IMG/VR virus record: IMGVR_UViG_3300032174_000002
Span: 1 to 64,000 of that record
Source: a virus
DNA length: 64,000 nt
Direction: 5' to 3' (one strand)
Positions within the stretch are counted from its first letter, which is position 1. The number at the start of each line of letters is the position of its first letter. Position numbers and translations under genes: made by a program. Of the stretch, positions 1 to 8,474 are shown piece after piece. The notes below the pieces were generated by a model. It was given only the letters and a program-made list of their open reading frames with translations. It was not told the origin of the DNA and made no database searches.

Positions 1-1182
1 GAGCGCCAGGCTCGCGGCCGCCGCCCGCTCCATGGCCCCGGCGGCCAGGGTCAGCGCCGGTACCAGCTCGACCAGCGCCGCCGCGGAAGCCGCGGACGCC
101 GCCGCTTCGGCGGCCTGCGCCGCGGCCAGCTCTGCCGCCTTGACGCTCGCCGCGGTCTCGATCCCGAGGAGACCGGAGATCGCCTCGGCCAGCGAGAGGA
201 CCATGCCGGCGACCTTGTAGCCAACGAAGGCCCCGACCGCAACGGACAGCGTGTCCCAGTTCTGGGCCATCCACAGCACCAGCTCGCCGACCGTCTTGAT
301 CGCCGTTCCGAGCTCGCCGCCGAGCGACGCCGCCAGGCCCTCGTTCTGCTTCAACCAGTCCGCGATGCCGCCCGAGACCTCGCGGACGGCGGGGATCATG
401 GTCCCGCCGAGCACCTCCATGAAGGCGGCGAGGTCGTTCTTGAGGGCCTCGGCGCTCTCGCCGGCGCCGCGCTGCGCCGCGGCCTGGCCGTTGAGGACGG
501 CCTCGACGCCGCCGAGCACGACCTCGAGCACGCCGGCCTCGTCGCCCATGGCGTGCATGGACTTGATCGACGCCTTCTCGGTGTCGGAGAAGACGACGCC
601 GATCCGCTGCAACTGGGTGACGGTCCCGGTCTCGATGACCCGGCCGAGCTGGATGGCCGCCTGCGGCAGATCGCGCCCCATCTTGGCCGCGAGGTCCGCG
701 ACGTCCTGGGTCACCCGCTCGAAGGTGTCCTCGCCCTTGATGGCCCGGAAGTTGGTGAGCAGGTTCTCGGCCTGGAGGGCGGCCTCGTGCGAGAAGTTGG
801 TCGTCGCCTCGATCTGGTCGGCGATCTCCTGCATCTGGCCGGCGGAGACATGCGCGGCCCCGCCGGTGGCGGTGATCGAGGCCTCGATCTGCCGCAAAGT
901 GGCCTGGTAGTCCTCGGCCTTCGAGACCGCCTCCTCGAGGAAGCGCAGGCCCTCGTAGGCGCCCAGGGTCTCGAGCAGGCGCTTCGCGACTTCATCGACC
1001 TGGGAGATGTGCTCGCCGGCGGACTTGGCCCCGTCCTCGACGTCCTTGAGCCCGGCCTGCCCCTTGGCCGTGGCGTCGGCGACGCTCTGGCCCATCCGCT
1101 CGGCCGCCGACTGGGCCGTCCCGAAGGCGCTCTCGGCGCCATCGGTCGAGAAGGTTATTGGAACGACAAAATCGTCAGCCAC
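1..1182 (-). CDS. Tail tape measure protein, 5' part (runs off the left edge)
   Basis: Hand-translated open frame from GTG at 1182: VADDFVVPITFSTDGAESAFG...QIEATTNFSHEAALQAENLLTNF...ADLAAKMGRDLPQAAIQLGR...; Ala-rich and helical, downstream of the tail chaperones. Confidence 0.9.
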   Translation of the reverse strand, partial: MADDFVVPITFSTDGAESAFGTAQSAAERMGQSVADATAKGQAGLKDVEDGAKSAGEHISQVDEVAKRLLETLGAYEGLRFLEEAVSKAEDYQATLRQIEASITATGGAAHVSAGQMQEIADQIEATTNFSHEAALQAENLLTNFRAIKGEDTFERVTQDVADLAAKMGRDLPQAAIQLGRVIETGTVTQLQRIGVVFSDTEKASIKSMHAMGDEAGVLEVVLGGVEAVLNGQAAAQRGAGESAEALKNDLAAFMEVLGGTMIPAVREVSGGIADWLKQNEGLAASLGGELGTAIKTVGELVLWMAQNWDTLSVAVGAFVGYKVAGMVLSLAEAISGLLGIETAASVKAAELAAAQAAEAAASAASAAALVELVPALTLAAGAMERAAAASLAL

Positions 1183-1870
1183 GATCCGAATACCATTCTG
1201 CGGTTACAAAGGTCTCTACTCGGTCAGCGATCGCGGTCGCGTCCGCGCGGAGACGCGCTCGGGCAAGCTTGGCTGCTGGCCTCCGGGTCGATTGCTGAAA
1301 ACCGTCCCCAATAGGCCAGATGGCTATGTGAGCGTCCGCCTTCGGGATGCCGCTGGCGGAGTCAAGTCGTTGCTTGTTCATGCGCTGGTGCTCAGCGCCT
1401 TTGCTGGGCCACGACCGCCCGGAGCCCACTCGCGCCACCTCAACGGCGATCCTGGCGACAACCGCCGCGAGAACTTGGCGTGGGGTACCCCTGCCGAGAA
1501 CAGCGGCGATACCGTTCGCATGGGCAGGACGCCGCACGGAGAGCGGCATTACGCGGCGAAGGTAACCGATGCGATCGTCGCGGAGATCCGGCGCCTCGCG
1601 GCGACAAATGCGCTCTCTCACGATGAGATTGCGGACCGCTTCGGCATCGCACGCGGCACCATGACCAAGATCGCTGGCGGTGGTCGGTGGAAACATCTGC
1701 CGTTCACGCCGCGAACCTGGCCGACTAAGCTCGATCGGACGGCCGTGATCGAGATCCGCAGGCTCGCAGCGGCTCTCATGCCGCAGCGCCAGATCGCTGC
1801 TAGATTCGGGGTTTGCCAGCGGACCGTCGCCCAGGTGATCCACCGCAGAACCTGGGCGCACGTGATCTAG
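1007..1870 (+). CDS. NUMOD4-HNH homing endonuclease with two C-terminal HTH repeats, antisense to the tail operon; start uncertain
   Basis: GYKGLYSVSDRGRVR (NUMOD4), VHALVLSAFAGPRP...RHLNGDPGDNRRENLAWGTPAEN (HNH_3), then HDEIADRFGIARGT and QRQIAARFGVCQRTV. Confidence 0.88.
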   Translation: MCSPADLAPSSTSLSPACPLAVASATLWPIRSAADWAVPKALSAPSVEKVIGTTKSSATIRIPFCGYKGLYSVSDRGRVRAETRSGKLGCWPPGRLLKTVPNRPDGYVSVRLRDAAGGVKSLLVHALVLSAFAGPRPPGAHSRHLNGDPGDNRRENLAWGTPAENSGDTVRMGRTPHGERHYAAKVTDAIVAEIRRLAATNALSHDEIADRFGIARGTMTKIAGGGRWKHLPFTPRTWPTKLDRTAVIEIRRLAAALMPQRQIAARFGVCQRTVAQVIHRRTWAHVI

Positions 1871-1878
1871 TTTCCTGC

Positions 1879-2367
1879 TTATTCGTCCTGTCCCGCGCCG
1901 GGCGCCGGCTCTGGCTCCTTCTCGGGCGGCCGGTTGGCGTGCGCGACGTAGGCTCGGTCGAGCGCCTGGATCAGCGACTCGGCCCGGGCCCACTCCTGCG
2001 ACCGGGGCTCGTAGCCGTTGTCGCGGAGCCATGCCGAGAGCGCCGGGTACCAGATCTCGCCGGTGAGCGACGCCCCGAACCCGATCGCGATCGTCCGGCA
2101 GCCGTTCAGCGCCGCGAAGCCTTGGCGGAACCGGACCAGGTGCGGCGCCATCTGACGCGCGACCGGCAACGGCGAGTCCAGCCGGCGCGCGGCGAGCCAC
2201 GCCTCGGCCTCCGCCAGACCGCGGGTCCGCTCCGGTCCCTCCGGTTGGTCCAATGCCTCCGCCCGGAGGGATTCGTAGACCTCCCGGTCCTCCGCGGCCC
2301 AGCCCTCGAGGTTCTCTCGTAGTGGCCCCCACCTCAGTTCGTCGGCGAGGGCCCCTGCAAGTTTCCC
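1879..2367 (-). CDS. Tail assembly chaperone frameshift extension (gpT part of gpGT)
   Basis: -1 frame after slippery G GGA AAC: KLAGALADELRW...FAALNGCRTIAIGFG...IQALDRAY; typical position before the TMP. Confidence 0.8.
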   Translation of the reverse strand, partial: GKLAGALADELRWGPLRENLEGWAAEDREVYESLRAEALDQPEGPERTRGLAEAEAWLAARRLDSPLPVARQMAPHLVRFRQGFAALNGCRTIAIGFGASLTGEIWYPALSAWLRDNGYEPRSQEWARAESLIQALDRAYVAHANRPPEKEPEPAPGAGQDE

Positions 2368-2936
2368 TGGTCGGCCGCCATCGCCATCTCGGCCTCGGCG
2401 TCGGCCTTGGCGAGCACGCCGAAAGTGGCACCCTGGACCGGCAGGAGGGACAGCAGGATGTCGAGGTTGGCCTTGTGCAGCGACCCATCCGGCGTCCGAT
2501 TCGGGAGCGGCGCGCCGCCCAACCGGAAGCGGTCGAAGTCGCTGATTCGATGATCGCGGATGACCTTGATGCCGATGATGGCGGCGTCCCCCTTGGGGAT
2601 CGGCGGCAGCTTGCCGTCCTCGCCGGGCGCCAGCAGTCCGTTCGCGGCGCGGTACGCTTGCTCGAGGTCGTCGCGGTACATCCGAGCAGCGATGGTGGTC
2701 GCCCGCACCCGGAACCGCCCGCCGATCGGCAGCTCGTACCACTTGCCGTCGCGCCAGGAGGCGACCATGGCGTCGAGATCGAGGATGCCGTCGCTGGGCG
2801 GCGGAGCGGCGAGCGCCGCCTCGACGGCGGCGGCGGGCAGCGGCGCGGCGGACTGGCCGTTGGCGCCGTGGATCGTGGGCGGCGCGGCCTGCGCCTCGGG
2901 TTCGGGGACTGGGGCGGGGGTGGAGATCGGTTCCAT
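2334..2936 (-). CDS. Tail assembly chaperone (gpG-like)
   Basis: ATG 2936 with AGGAG RBS; follows the tail tube gene; slippery heptamer near its 3' end. Confidence 0.8.
   Translation of the reverse strand: MEPISTPAPVPEPEAQAAPPTIHGANGQSAAPLPAAAVEAALAAPPPSDGILDLDAMVASWRDGKWYELPIGGRFRVRATTIAARMYRDDLEQAYRAANGLLAPGEDGKLPPIPKGDAAIIGIKVIRDHRISDFDRFRLGGAPLPNRTPDGSLHKANLDILLSLLPVQGATFGVLAKADAEAEMAMAADQGNLQGPSPTN
2361..2367 (-). promoter_or_regulatory. -1 programmed ribosomal frameshift site GGGAAAC
   Basis: In-frame X XXY YYZ (CAG GGA AAC) near the chaperone stop; -1 frame stays open to 1879. Confidence 0.85.
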
Positions 2937-2969
2937 CGGCTGGCTCTCCTGTCGGGCTGGGGTTCGAGG

Positions 2970-3039
2970 AAAATCCCCCGCCGCCGGTCGACCCGCGAAG
3001 CGCCAGCCACGCCCGCGAGCCCCGCGCCGGCGGCGGGGA
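2970..3039 (-). terminator. Long GC hairpin with short U run after the tail tube gene
   Basis: Perfect 12-bp arms at 2976-2987 and 3027-3038, followed by UUUU on the minus strand. Confidence 0.55.
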
Positions 3040-3049
3040 GGGGAATCGC

Positions 3050-4279
3050 CTACGAGAACTTGGTCAGCTGGAGCGTGCCCACGGCAGCGCCGTCGCTCTT
3101 CGCCATGTACTCGACGTCGACCATTTCGCGGCCGGACTGCGAGAGGCCGGTGGAGGCCGGCTTCGTCGGCTGGAGCGCCGGGAGCCAGAGGTACATGCGG
3201 TGGCCCTTGCCGTCGCGGAAGCCGACGCCGATCTGGCAGATACTCGCCGGGTCCTTGCCGTCGGTGTAGATCGTCTCGGCCGCCGCGGTGTTGCGGAAGA
3301 CCTGGAGCGCGAGCTTCGCGTCGAAGCGCTTGTCGCTCGACAGGTCGACCGCGCCGAGGATGCCGGCGCCGCCCTCCGCGAGCAGCGGCGAGGCGACGGT
3401 CAGCTGGAACTTCTTGACACGCAAGGTCGGCATCAGGGTCGGGTTCGTCGGCACCGCGATGCCGGAGTTGCCGTAGCGGAAGCCCATGCCGGAGTTGATG
3501 GACGTCTTGTCGCCGAAGTTGGTGTTGCTGTTGATCAGCGGGTTGCCCGTCGGCTGGAGCGAGGCGTTGGCGAGCCGCGTGGCGATCTCGATCGAGCTGA
3601 TGCCGGTCAAGGTGACCGAGATCGTGCACTTGTTCGGCTGCGGCACGTCGAGGACGATCTGGCCGACGCCGACGCCGCCCGAGCTGTCGCCGACGTTCGA
3701 GGTGGTATTCCAGGTCTCGTACCAACTGGTCAGGATCGTGGTCCCGGTGCGGAACCGGCCGGAGTGGTAGACGGTCACGGTCGGGCCGGCCGCCTCGTTG
3801 GCCAGCGTGATCCAGTTGGTGTCGAGCACCAGGTCGGTGCTGGTCGGAGCGCCGTTGACGCGCGCTACGAAGAGGGCGGGGTTGCTGGCGAAGCCGGTCA
3901 CCAGCACCATGTCGCCGTCGGCCACGCCGGTCCAGCTGCCGCCGGGACCGACCAGCTTGTTGCCGGTCGCCGCGGCGCTGATCGTGCTCGCGGAGACCGT
4001 GAACGGCGTGCCGACGACGCCGCACAGCAACTCCTCCCAGAAGGAATCGTGGTCGCCGTAGCTGAAGTCGGCCTTCCCGGTCCCGGCCACCTTGATGTCG
4101 GTCGCCGGGTTGTCGACGACCGTGCGGTCGGCGGTGACGTTGCCGGGCTGCTCGCGCTGGAGCTCGCCCGACAGCTTAAAGGTCTCGAACGGCACGATCT
4201 GCATCGACCCCGCCGGGAGGACGTTTTGCGTGACCTCGCGGATCTTGCGCACCTGGATGCCGCTGCTATTCCCGGCCAT
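3050..4279 (-). CDS. Major tail (tube) protein
   Basis: 409 aa, Thr/Gly-rich beta protein between tail terminator and chaperone; GAGG RBS. Confidence 0.8.
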   Translation of the reverse strand: MAGNSSGIQVRKIREVTQNVLPAGSMQIVPFETFKLSGELQREQPGNVTADRTVVDNPATDIKVAGTGKADFSYGDHDSFWEELLCGVVGTPFTVSASTISAAATGNKLVGPGGSWTGVADGDMVLVTGFASNPALFVARVNGAPTSTDLVLDTNWITLANEAAGPTVTVYHSGRFRTGTTILTSWYETWNTTSNVGDSSGGVGVGQIVLDVPQPNKCTISVTLTGISSIEIATRLANASLQPTGNPLINSNTNFGDKTSINSGMGFRYGNSGIAVPTNPTLMPTLRVKKFQLTVASPLLAEGGAGILGAVDLSSDKRFDAKLALQVFRNTAAAETIYTDGKDPASICQIGVGFRDGKGHRMYLWLPALQPTKPASTGLSQSGREMVDVEYMAKSDGAAVGTLQLTKFS

Positions 4280-4355
4280 GGGTTACCTCGCTCTCAAGAA
4301 AAAGTGATCTGACGCTTGGCTGCTCGCGCGCTTCTTGATCTCGGCGAGCGGCGTT

Positions 4356-4670
4356 CTACTTGCCGCCGGCGAGCGGCGTCGCAGCGCCGGTCTGCACGCC
4401 CTTGGCGCCGGTGTCCTTGGTGGTGGTGGCCGCGCCCTGGTCCGCGCCGCTCGCGCCCTGCGCACCCTCGGGTGCCGGAGGTGGTGGCGGCGGACCAAAC
4501 TCGACCACCGCGGAGAACCCTTCGATCGGGCCGCCGGTGACCTTCATGTGGCTCACCTTGCCGATCGGCTCCTGCGTCTCCGGGTCGCGCACGATCGTGT
4601 CGACGATGGGCGCGCCGGTCCTCTTGTCCTTGGCGATGGTGTGGACGATCTCGAACTTCGTGGTGGCCAT
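4356..4670 (-). CDS. Hypothetical protein in the tail operon
   Basis: 104-aa ORF with RBS, in operon direction. Confidence 0.6.
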   Translation of the reverse strand: MATTKFEIVHTIAKDKRTGAPIVDTIVRDPETQEPIGKVSHMKVTGGPIEGFSAVVEFGPPPPPPAPEGAQGASGADQGAATTTKDTGAKGVQTGAATPLAGGK

Positions 4671-4695
4671 GACCGGGGTACCTTTCAGGTTTTTC

Positions 4696-5151
4696 TCAGG
4701 CGACTGCCGCCTGGTCGCTGTACTTTTCGCCGCGCACGATGACCTGGGTCTGGTAGTAGGGATCGGCTGGCGCGATCTTGATCGGCACGACGTCGACCGC
4801 GGTGACCGTCAGGTCGTCGAGCTGCAGCCCACGGTACTGGCCGCGGATCGCCTCCGCCCAGTCCGTCGCCAGGCCGCTGCCGGCGTTCCTGGGGATGCAG
4901 ACGGTGGCGGCCCAGTGCCAGGTCGAAGCGTAGTACTGGGTCGTGCCGCCCGACGCCTCCTTGCGCTCGCCGAGGTCCTCGAACGGCCAGCACTGCAAGT
5001 AGCCGGCGGTCTGCGGGTCGGTCCCGGGCTCGACGTTCAGGTCCCGGAAAACGATGAGCGGCGGGGCCAGCGGCCCCGTGGTCTGGGCCGCAGCGAAGGC
5101 GGTGAGGCGGTTGACCAGGTTCGCCTCGCAGGTGGTGAGGGAGTCAGCCAT
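4696..5151 (-). CDS. Tail terminator/completion protein
   Basis: MADSLTTCEANL...VCIPRNAGSGLATDWAEAIRGQY...YYQTQV; size and synteny. Confidence 0.65.
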   Translation of the reverse strand: MADSLTTCEANLVNRLTAFAAAQTTGPLAPPLIVFRDLNVEPGTDPQTAGYLQCWPFEDLGERKEASGGTTQYYASTWHWAATVCIPRNAGSGLATDWAEAIRGQYRGLQLDDLTVTAVDVVPIKIAPADPYYQTQVIVRGEKYSDQAAVA

Positions 5152-5564
5152 TAGGCGGCGCTCCTCGCCTTCGAGATCTCGTCCGCCAGGAGAGCTTGCA
5201 GCCAGCCGTCGGGAACCTGCGCCGACCAGTGCTCGTACACCAGCCTCCTCGCGTAGGGAACTGCCATGATGCAGCCGGCCGGCACGCCTAGCTTCCAGTC
5301 CGCGTAGGCGGCGTCGTACTCCGGCTGCCCGGCGAGCGGGTAGAAGGTCTGCTTCGGCGGCGGCGGCTCGAGCCCCTCGTAGGTGCCGACCCAAGGCTGC
5401 ACGGATCCCCGAGCCCGGCCGGTGCGAAACGGCGCGTCGTGCTCGAAGCGCAGGCCGACCGAGGTCATCAGCTTGCGGACGCGACCCTCCGCCATCCCGC
5501 GGGCGCTGGCGATGATCTGCCCTGCTGCGGCGGCGAGGTCCTGCGGCTGGATCGTGATGCTCAA
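5151..5564 (-). CDS. HK97 gp10-like neck/tail completion protein
   Basis: APFRTGRARGS...VPYARRLVYEHWSAQVPDGW motif; TTG start overlaps the upstream stop. Confidence 0.7.
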   Translation of the reverse strand: MSITIQPQDLAAAAGQIIASARGMAEGRVRKLMTSVGLRFEHDAPFRTGRARGSVQPWVGTYEGLEPPPPKQTFYPLAGQPEYDAAYADWKLGVPAGCIMAVPYARRLVYEHWSAQVPDGWLQALLADEISKARSAA

Positions 5565-5923
5565 GCGAGCACCGCCAGTTTGTATTCGTAAGGGGGGAAT
5601 CCCTCGAAGCCGACGCTCAGGACCTCGTACTGCTGGCCGTTCAGGACTGCGAGGTCGCTCTTGAGCGGCACGATGCCGGCGGGGAGCTGATCGGCCGGCA
5701 CCACGATCTCCTTCTTGTCGGTCTGCACCAGGTTGCCCAAGGCATCGCTCACGACCTGGGCCTGCAAGCGGCACCAGCCGAGATCGTGGTCCGTCGTCGT
5801 CGTCGCGTTGCGCCGCGTCGTCGCGTTGTACGCCCCAGCGGTGACCTTGCGGAGCGTGACCTGGCCGCCCTGGGCCTGCGCCAGTCGCCCCGCAGTCGCG
5901 GCCATGCGCTGCTGGAAGCTCAT
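5561..5923 (-). CDS. Head closure/stopper protein
   Basis: GGQVTLRKVTAGAYN...VQTDKKEIVV...LNGQQYEVLSV; synteny. Confidence 0.7.
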   Translation of the reverse strand: MSFQQRMAATAGRLAQAQGGQVTLRKVTAGAYNATTRRNATTTTDHDLGWCRLQAQVVSDALGNLVQTDKKEIVVPADQLPAGIVPLKSDLAVLNGQQYEVLSVGFEGFPPYEYKLAVLA

Positions 5924-5924
5924 C

Positions 5925-6815
5925 TCAGAGCCTCCCGCCCATCGCCCGTCGACGCCAGGTGTCGAGCGCCAGCGTGATCTCGGGGAACTGGTCGAGGAAT
6001 TTCTTCCCTGCCGGCGTCGCGAGGTAGGCCCGTGAGGCGTTGCCGTCCGACTCGCGCGAGAGCAATCCTGCATCCCCGCGGCGCGAGTAGAAGATCCCGA
6101 CGAGCGCAGTCACCGCCAAGCGGATCTCCGGCGGCTCCTGCCCCGCCGCGTAGCCGGTCGGGTACTGGAAGACCAGGTTCTTGACGCCCCGCGGCCAACC
6201 CCCGCCGGCGGAGGGCTGCCGCAGGTTGCCGTAGACGTTCGCCGAGAGCACCGGCGGGGTCGAGGCCAGCAGGAGCTTCCGCCCCCACACCTCGTAGTCG
6301 CCCGGGGTCGCCGGGAGGCCATAGTTGGACGGCGGCGCGAACGGGACCGCCGCCTGCTGCATGCTCTGCCGCCAGGCGGCGTAGAGCACCGGGAAGGCCG
6401 CCGAGGACTGGCCGGCGTTCACGATCCCGGGCGAGGCGAGCGCGACCGGGTTCGCGCCGGCGACGTAGCTCGGCGCCGTGAGGACGATCTCTGAGACCGA
6501 CGCCCCGGAGAGGAGCAGCGGCGCCCGCGGCTGGAGGCCTGCCGGGGCCGAGGCGAGGGTCACCGAGAGCGACCCGACCGAGGCCCCGGCCGTGATCCCG
6601 ATCGGCGCCCCAGGCGCCGCCGGCTCCTCGCGCAAGAAGACCTCCTGCCTGCCGGAGCCCGAGATGACCTCCGACTGCGGCGCCACCGGCCCGAAGTAGC
6701 GGTCGGTGTTCGCCTCGACGAGCGAGACGACCTGCGCCTCGAGCGCGGTCAGCAGTGTCACGTCCTGGGTGGACGGAATGCCGAGCCAGGACTGCAGGGT
6801 CGGGACGTCGATCAC
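5925..6815 (-). CDS. Head-tail connector (gp6-like) with a large central insertion
   Basis: LQSWLGI...DVTLLTALEAQVVSLVEANTDRYF at the N-terminus; NLVFQYPTGY...PPEIRLAV...ESDGNASRAY at the C-terminus. Confidence 0.7.
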   Translation of the reverse strand: MIDVPTLQSWLGIPSTQDVTLLTALEAQVVSLVEANTDRYFGPVAPQSEVISGSGRQEVFLREEPAAPGAPIGITAGASVGSLSVTLASAPAGLQPRAPLLLSGASVSEIVLTAPSYVAGANPVALASPGIVNAGQSSAAFPVLYAAWRQSMQQAAVPFAPPSNYGLPATPGDYEVWGRKLLLASTPPVLSANVYGNLRQPSAGGGWPRGVKNLVFQYPTGYAAGQEPPEIRLAVTALVGIFYSRRGDAGLLSRESDGNASRAYLATPAGKKFLDQFPEITLALDTWRRRAMGGRL

Positions 6816-7099
6816 ACTGCACCACCATGCACCTCAAAGTCTCCATTCTGCGTATGCCATTTCCCGGCCGCCCGCTGCGCGGTCGCGGTCGGACTGGCGG
6901 AGGCCCACGGGCCATTGAACAGCTCTTGCAGCGTCGAGAAGATGCTGATGCCGTTGCTGGCCCGCTGCCATTCAAGCGTATCCGCGAGCGCCGGTGCATG
7001 GTCGCCGCCCGGGATCTGCTGGATGGTGACCGGAGCGCCGAGCGCCTGGTCGGCCAGGAGCATTGAGGCGAGAGCGAGGATGATGCGCAGAGTTTTCAT
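6812..7099 (-). CDS. Hypothetical protein with a signal-peptide-like N-terminus
   Basis: MKTLRIILALASMLLADQALG-A; coupled overlaps on both sides. Confidence 0.55.
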   Translation of the reverse strand: MKTLRIILALASMLLADQALGAPVTIQQIPGGDHAPALADTLEWQRASNGISIFSTLQELFNGPWASASPTATAQRAAGKWHTQNGDFEVHGGAV

Positions 7100-7224
7100 G
7101 AGGTCTTGATCACCCGGACATTGCCGCTCGCATCGACGCGGACCGAGCCATCCTGCGTCACCCGCTCGCCAGCCGGCGGTGCGGCCTTGACCTTGGCCCA
7201 GAGGTTGAGGAAGAGCGCGCGCAT
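7096..7224 (-). CDS. Small hypothetical virion-operon protein
   Basis: MRALFLNLW...RVTQDGSVRVDASGNVRVIK; ATGA overlap. Confidence 0.45.
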   Translation of the reverse strand: MRALFLNLWAKVKAAPPAGERVTQDGSVRVDASGNVRVIKTS

Positions 7225-7231
7225 CGCCAGG

Positions 7232-7633
7232 TCACGCCTTGAGCGAGTAGCCGACCGTCCGCGCCGCGGTCTCGGTGGTCGAGGACTTGAGAGCGATGAA
7301 CCGGAAGCCGGCGAGCTTCGACATGACGTCGCTGTCGACACCGACGCAGGTGTCCGGCGCGAAGGTGATCGGCGGCAGCGCGACGCCGGCCGCGTCGAAG
7401 ATCTGGCGGAAGGCGCCCGGGCCCGCGCCGAGCGCCGTGAACGCGTCGGAGAACGCCTGCGCACCGTCGCCGGAAGCGCCCGCCCCGGCGAAGCCGTAGA
7501 GCGTGAAGCTCGTTCCGTCCATGGCGGCCGGCAGCTGGAGCGCCAGGAAGTGCATCCCGTCGGTGTCGATCACCCCGGAGTACGGCTGGCCGGAGGCGAT
7601 GACGACCGACCCGGAGCGGCCCTGCCCGGGCAT
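7232..7633 (-). CDS. Hypothetical virion protein (beta-rich)
   Basis: 133 aa, GAGGG RBS, LQLPAAMDGTSFT...GFRFIALKS. Confidence 0.6.
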   Translation of the reverse strand: MPGQGRSGSVVIASGQPYSGVIDTDGMHFLALQLPAAMDGTSFTLYGFAGAGASGDGAQAFSDAFTALGAGPGAFRQIFDAAGVALPPITFAPDTCVGVDSDVMSKLAGFRFIALKSSTTETAARTVGYSLKA

Positions 7634-7636
7634 GGC

Positions 7637-8005
7637 CTACCCCTCCCTCTTGACGAGCCGGCTCTTGCGCTTCGCCTCCGGGAGCTCGGCCTCCGGGTCG
7701 AACGGCGGGGGTTCCTGCGGTGGTGCGGCTGGGGATGCGCCGCCGCCGTTCGGGCTTGCCGTTGCCGGAATGGGCGGCGCGGGCGGCTCGGGGGAGCCGG
7801 CCGGCTCCGAGAGGGTGACCGCGGCGCCGGAGACGACCAGGCTGGGCCAGATGTGGCCCGGCAGCTCGACCTCGAGGCCGACCTCGAGCTTCTGCTCCTC
7901 GTGGCCGCTGATGGCGATCCGGCAGGCGCGCATGATCCTGACCCGCTGGCGGCCGCTGAGCGGCGCCGGCTTCGGTGCAGGTCCCACGGTGACGATCTCT
8001 GGCAA
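7637..8005 (-). CDS. Pro-rich hypothetical protein
   Basis: 122 aa with GGAG RBS, in the head operon. Confidence 0.5.
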   Translation of the reverse strand: MPEIVTVGPAPKPAPLSGRQRVRIMRACRIAISGHEEQKLEVGLEVELPGHIWPSLVVSGAAVTLSEPAGSPEPPAPPIPATASPNGGGASPAAPPQEPPPFDPEAELPEAKRKSRLVKREG

Positions 8006-8018
8006 GCGTCAGGCTCCC

Positions 8019-8450
8019 TTACGAGCCCGGGGTCGGGGCGTACTTGGGGTGGGACAGCACGGCGACCGCGCTGGCGAAGACCGACGGCGAGAGCGTCGCG
8101 GTCAGCACGAGGCGCACGAACCGCTTGTAGCCGCGGTAGCCAAGCCGCGACGTGGTGCCGTGGACGTCGGAGTTGACCGCCGCGGGCGGCGCCACCGTGT
8201 TCAGGTAGTCGGCCGCGGCCACGTCCGCCGCGTCCGCCTGGGCCACCGGGTCGTTCGCCTCCTGGAGCTTGGGCGTCAGGAAGTTGGTCGAGTTGAGCGT
8301 CGTGACGGCGCCCCAGTTGAGGATGAAGAGCAGCCCCTCGAAGCCGCCGGCGACGGTCGTGTCGATCCAGGCGCCGGTGACCGTGCCGGTGACCGCCTGC
8401 GGCGCGAGCGCCGGCTTGTCCAGGATGTTGCTGTGAAGATCCCTCTGCAT
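8019..8450 (-). CDS. Putative capsid decoration/cement protein
   Basis: RDLHSNI...PKLQEA...LGYRGYKRFVRL, a pattern commonly seen after HK97 capsid genes. Confidence 0.6.
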   Translation of the reverse strand: MQRDLHSNILDKPALAPQAVTGTVTGAWIDTTVAGGFEGLLFILNWGAVTTLNSTNFLTPKLQEANDPVAQADAADVAAADYLNTVAPPAAVNSDVHGTTSRLGYRGYKRFVRLVLTATLSPSVFASAVAVLSHPKYAPTPGS

Positions 8451-8474
8451 GGCTCTCTCCTCGGCGCTCTCTCG

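Noticed and set aside
1183-1878. Group I intron housing the HNH
   Set aside because: The HNH fills the whole insert, is antisense to the operon, and leaves no room for a ribozyme core
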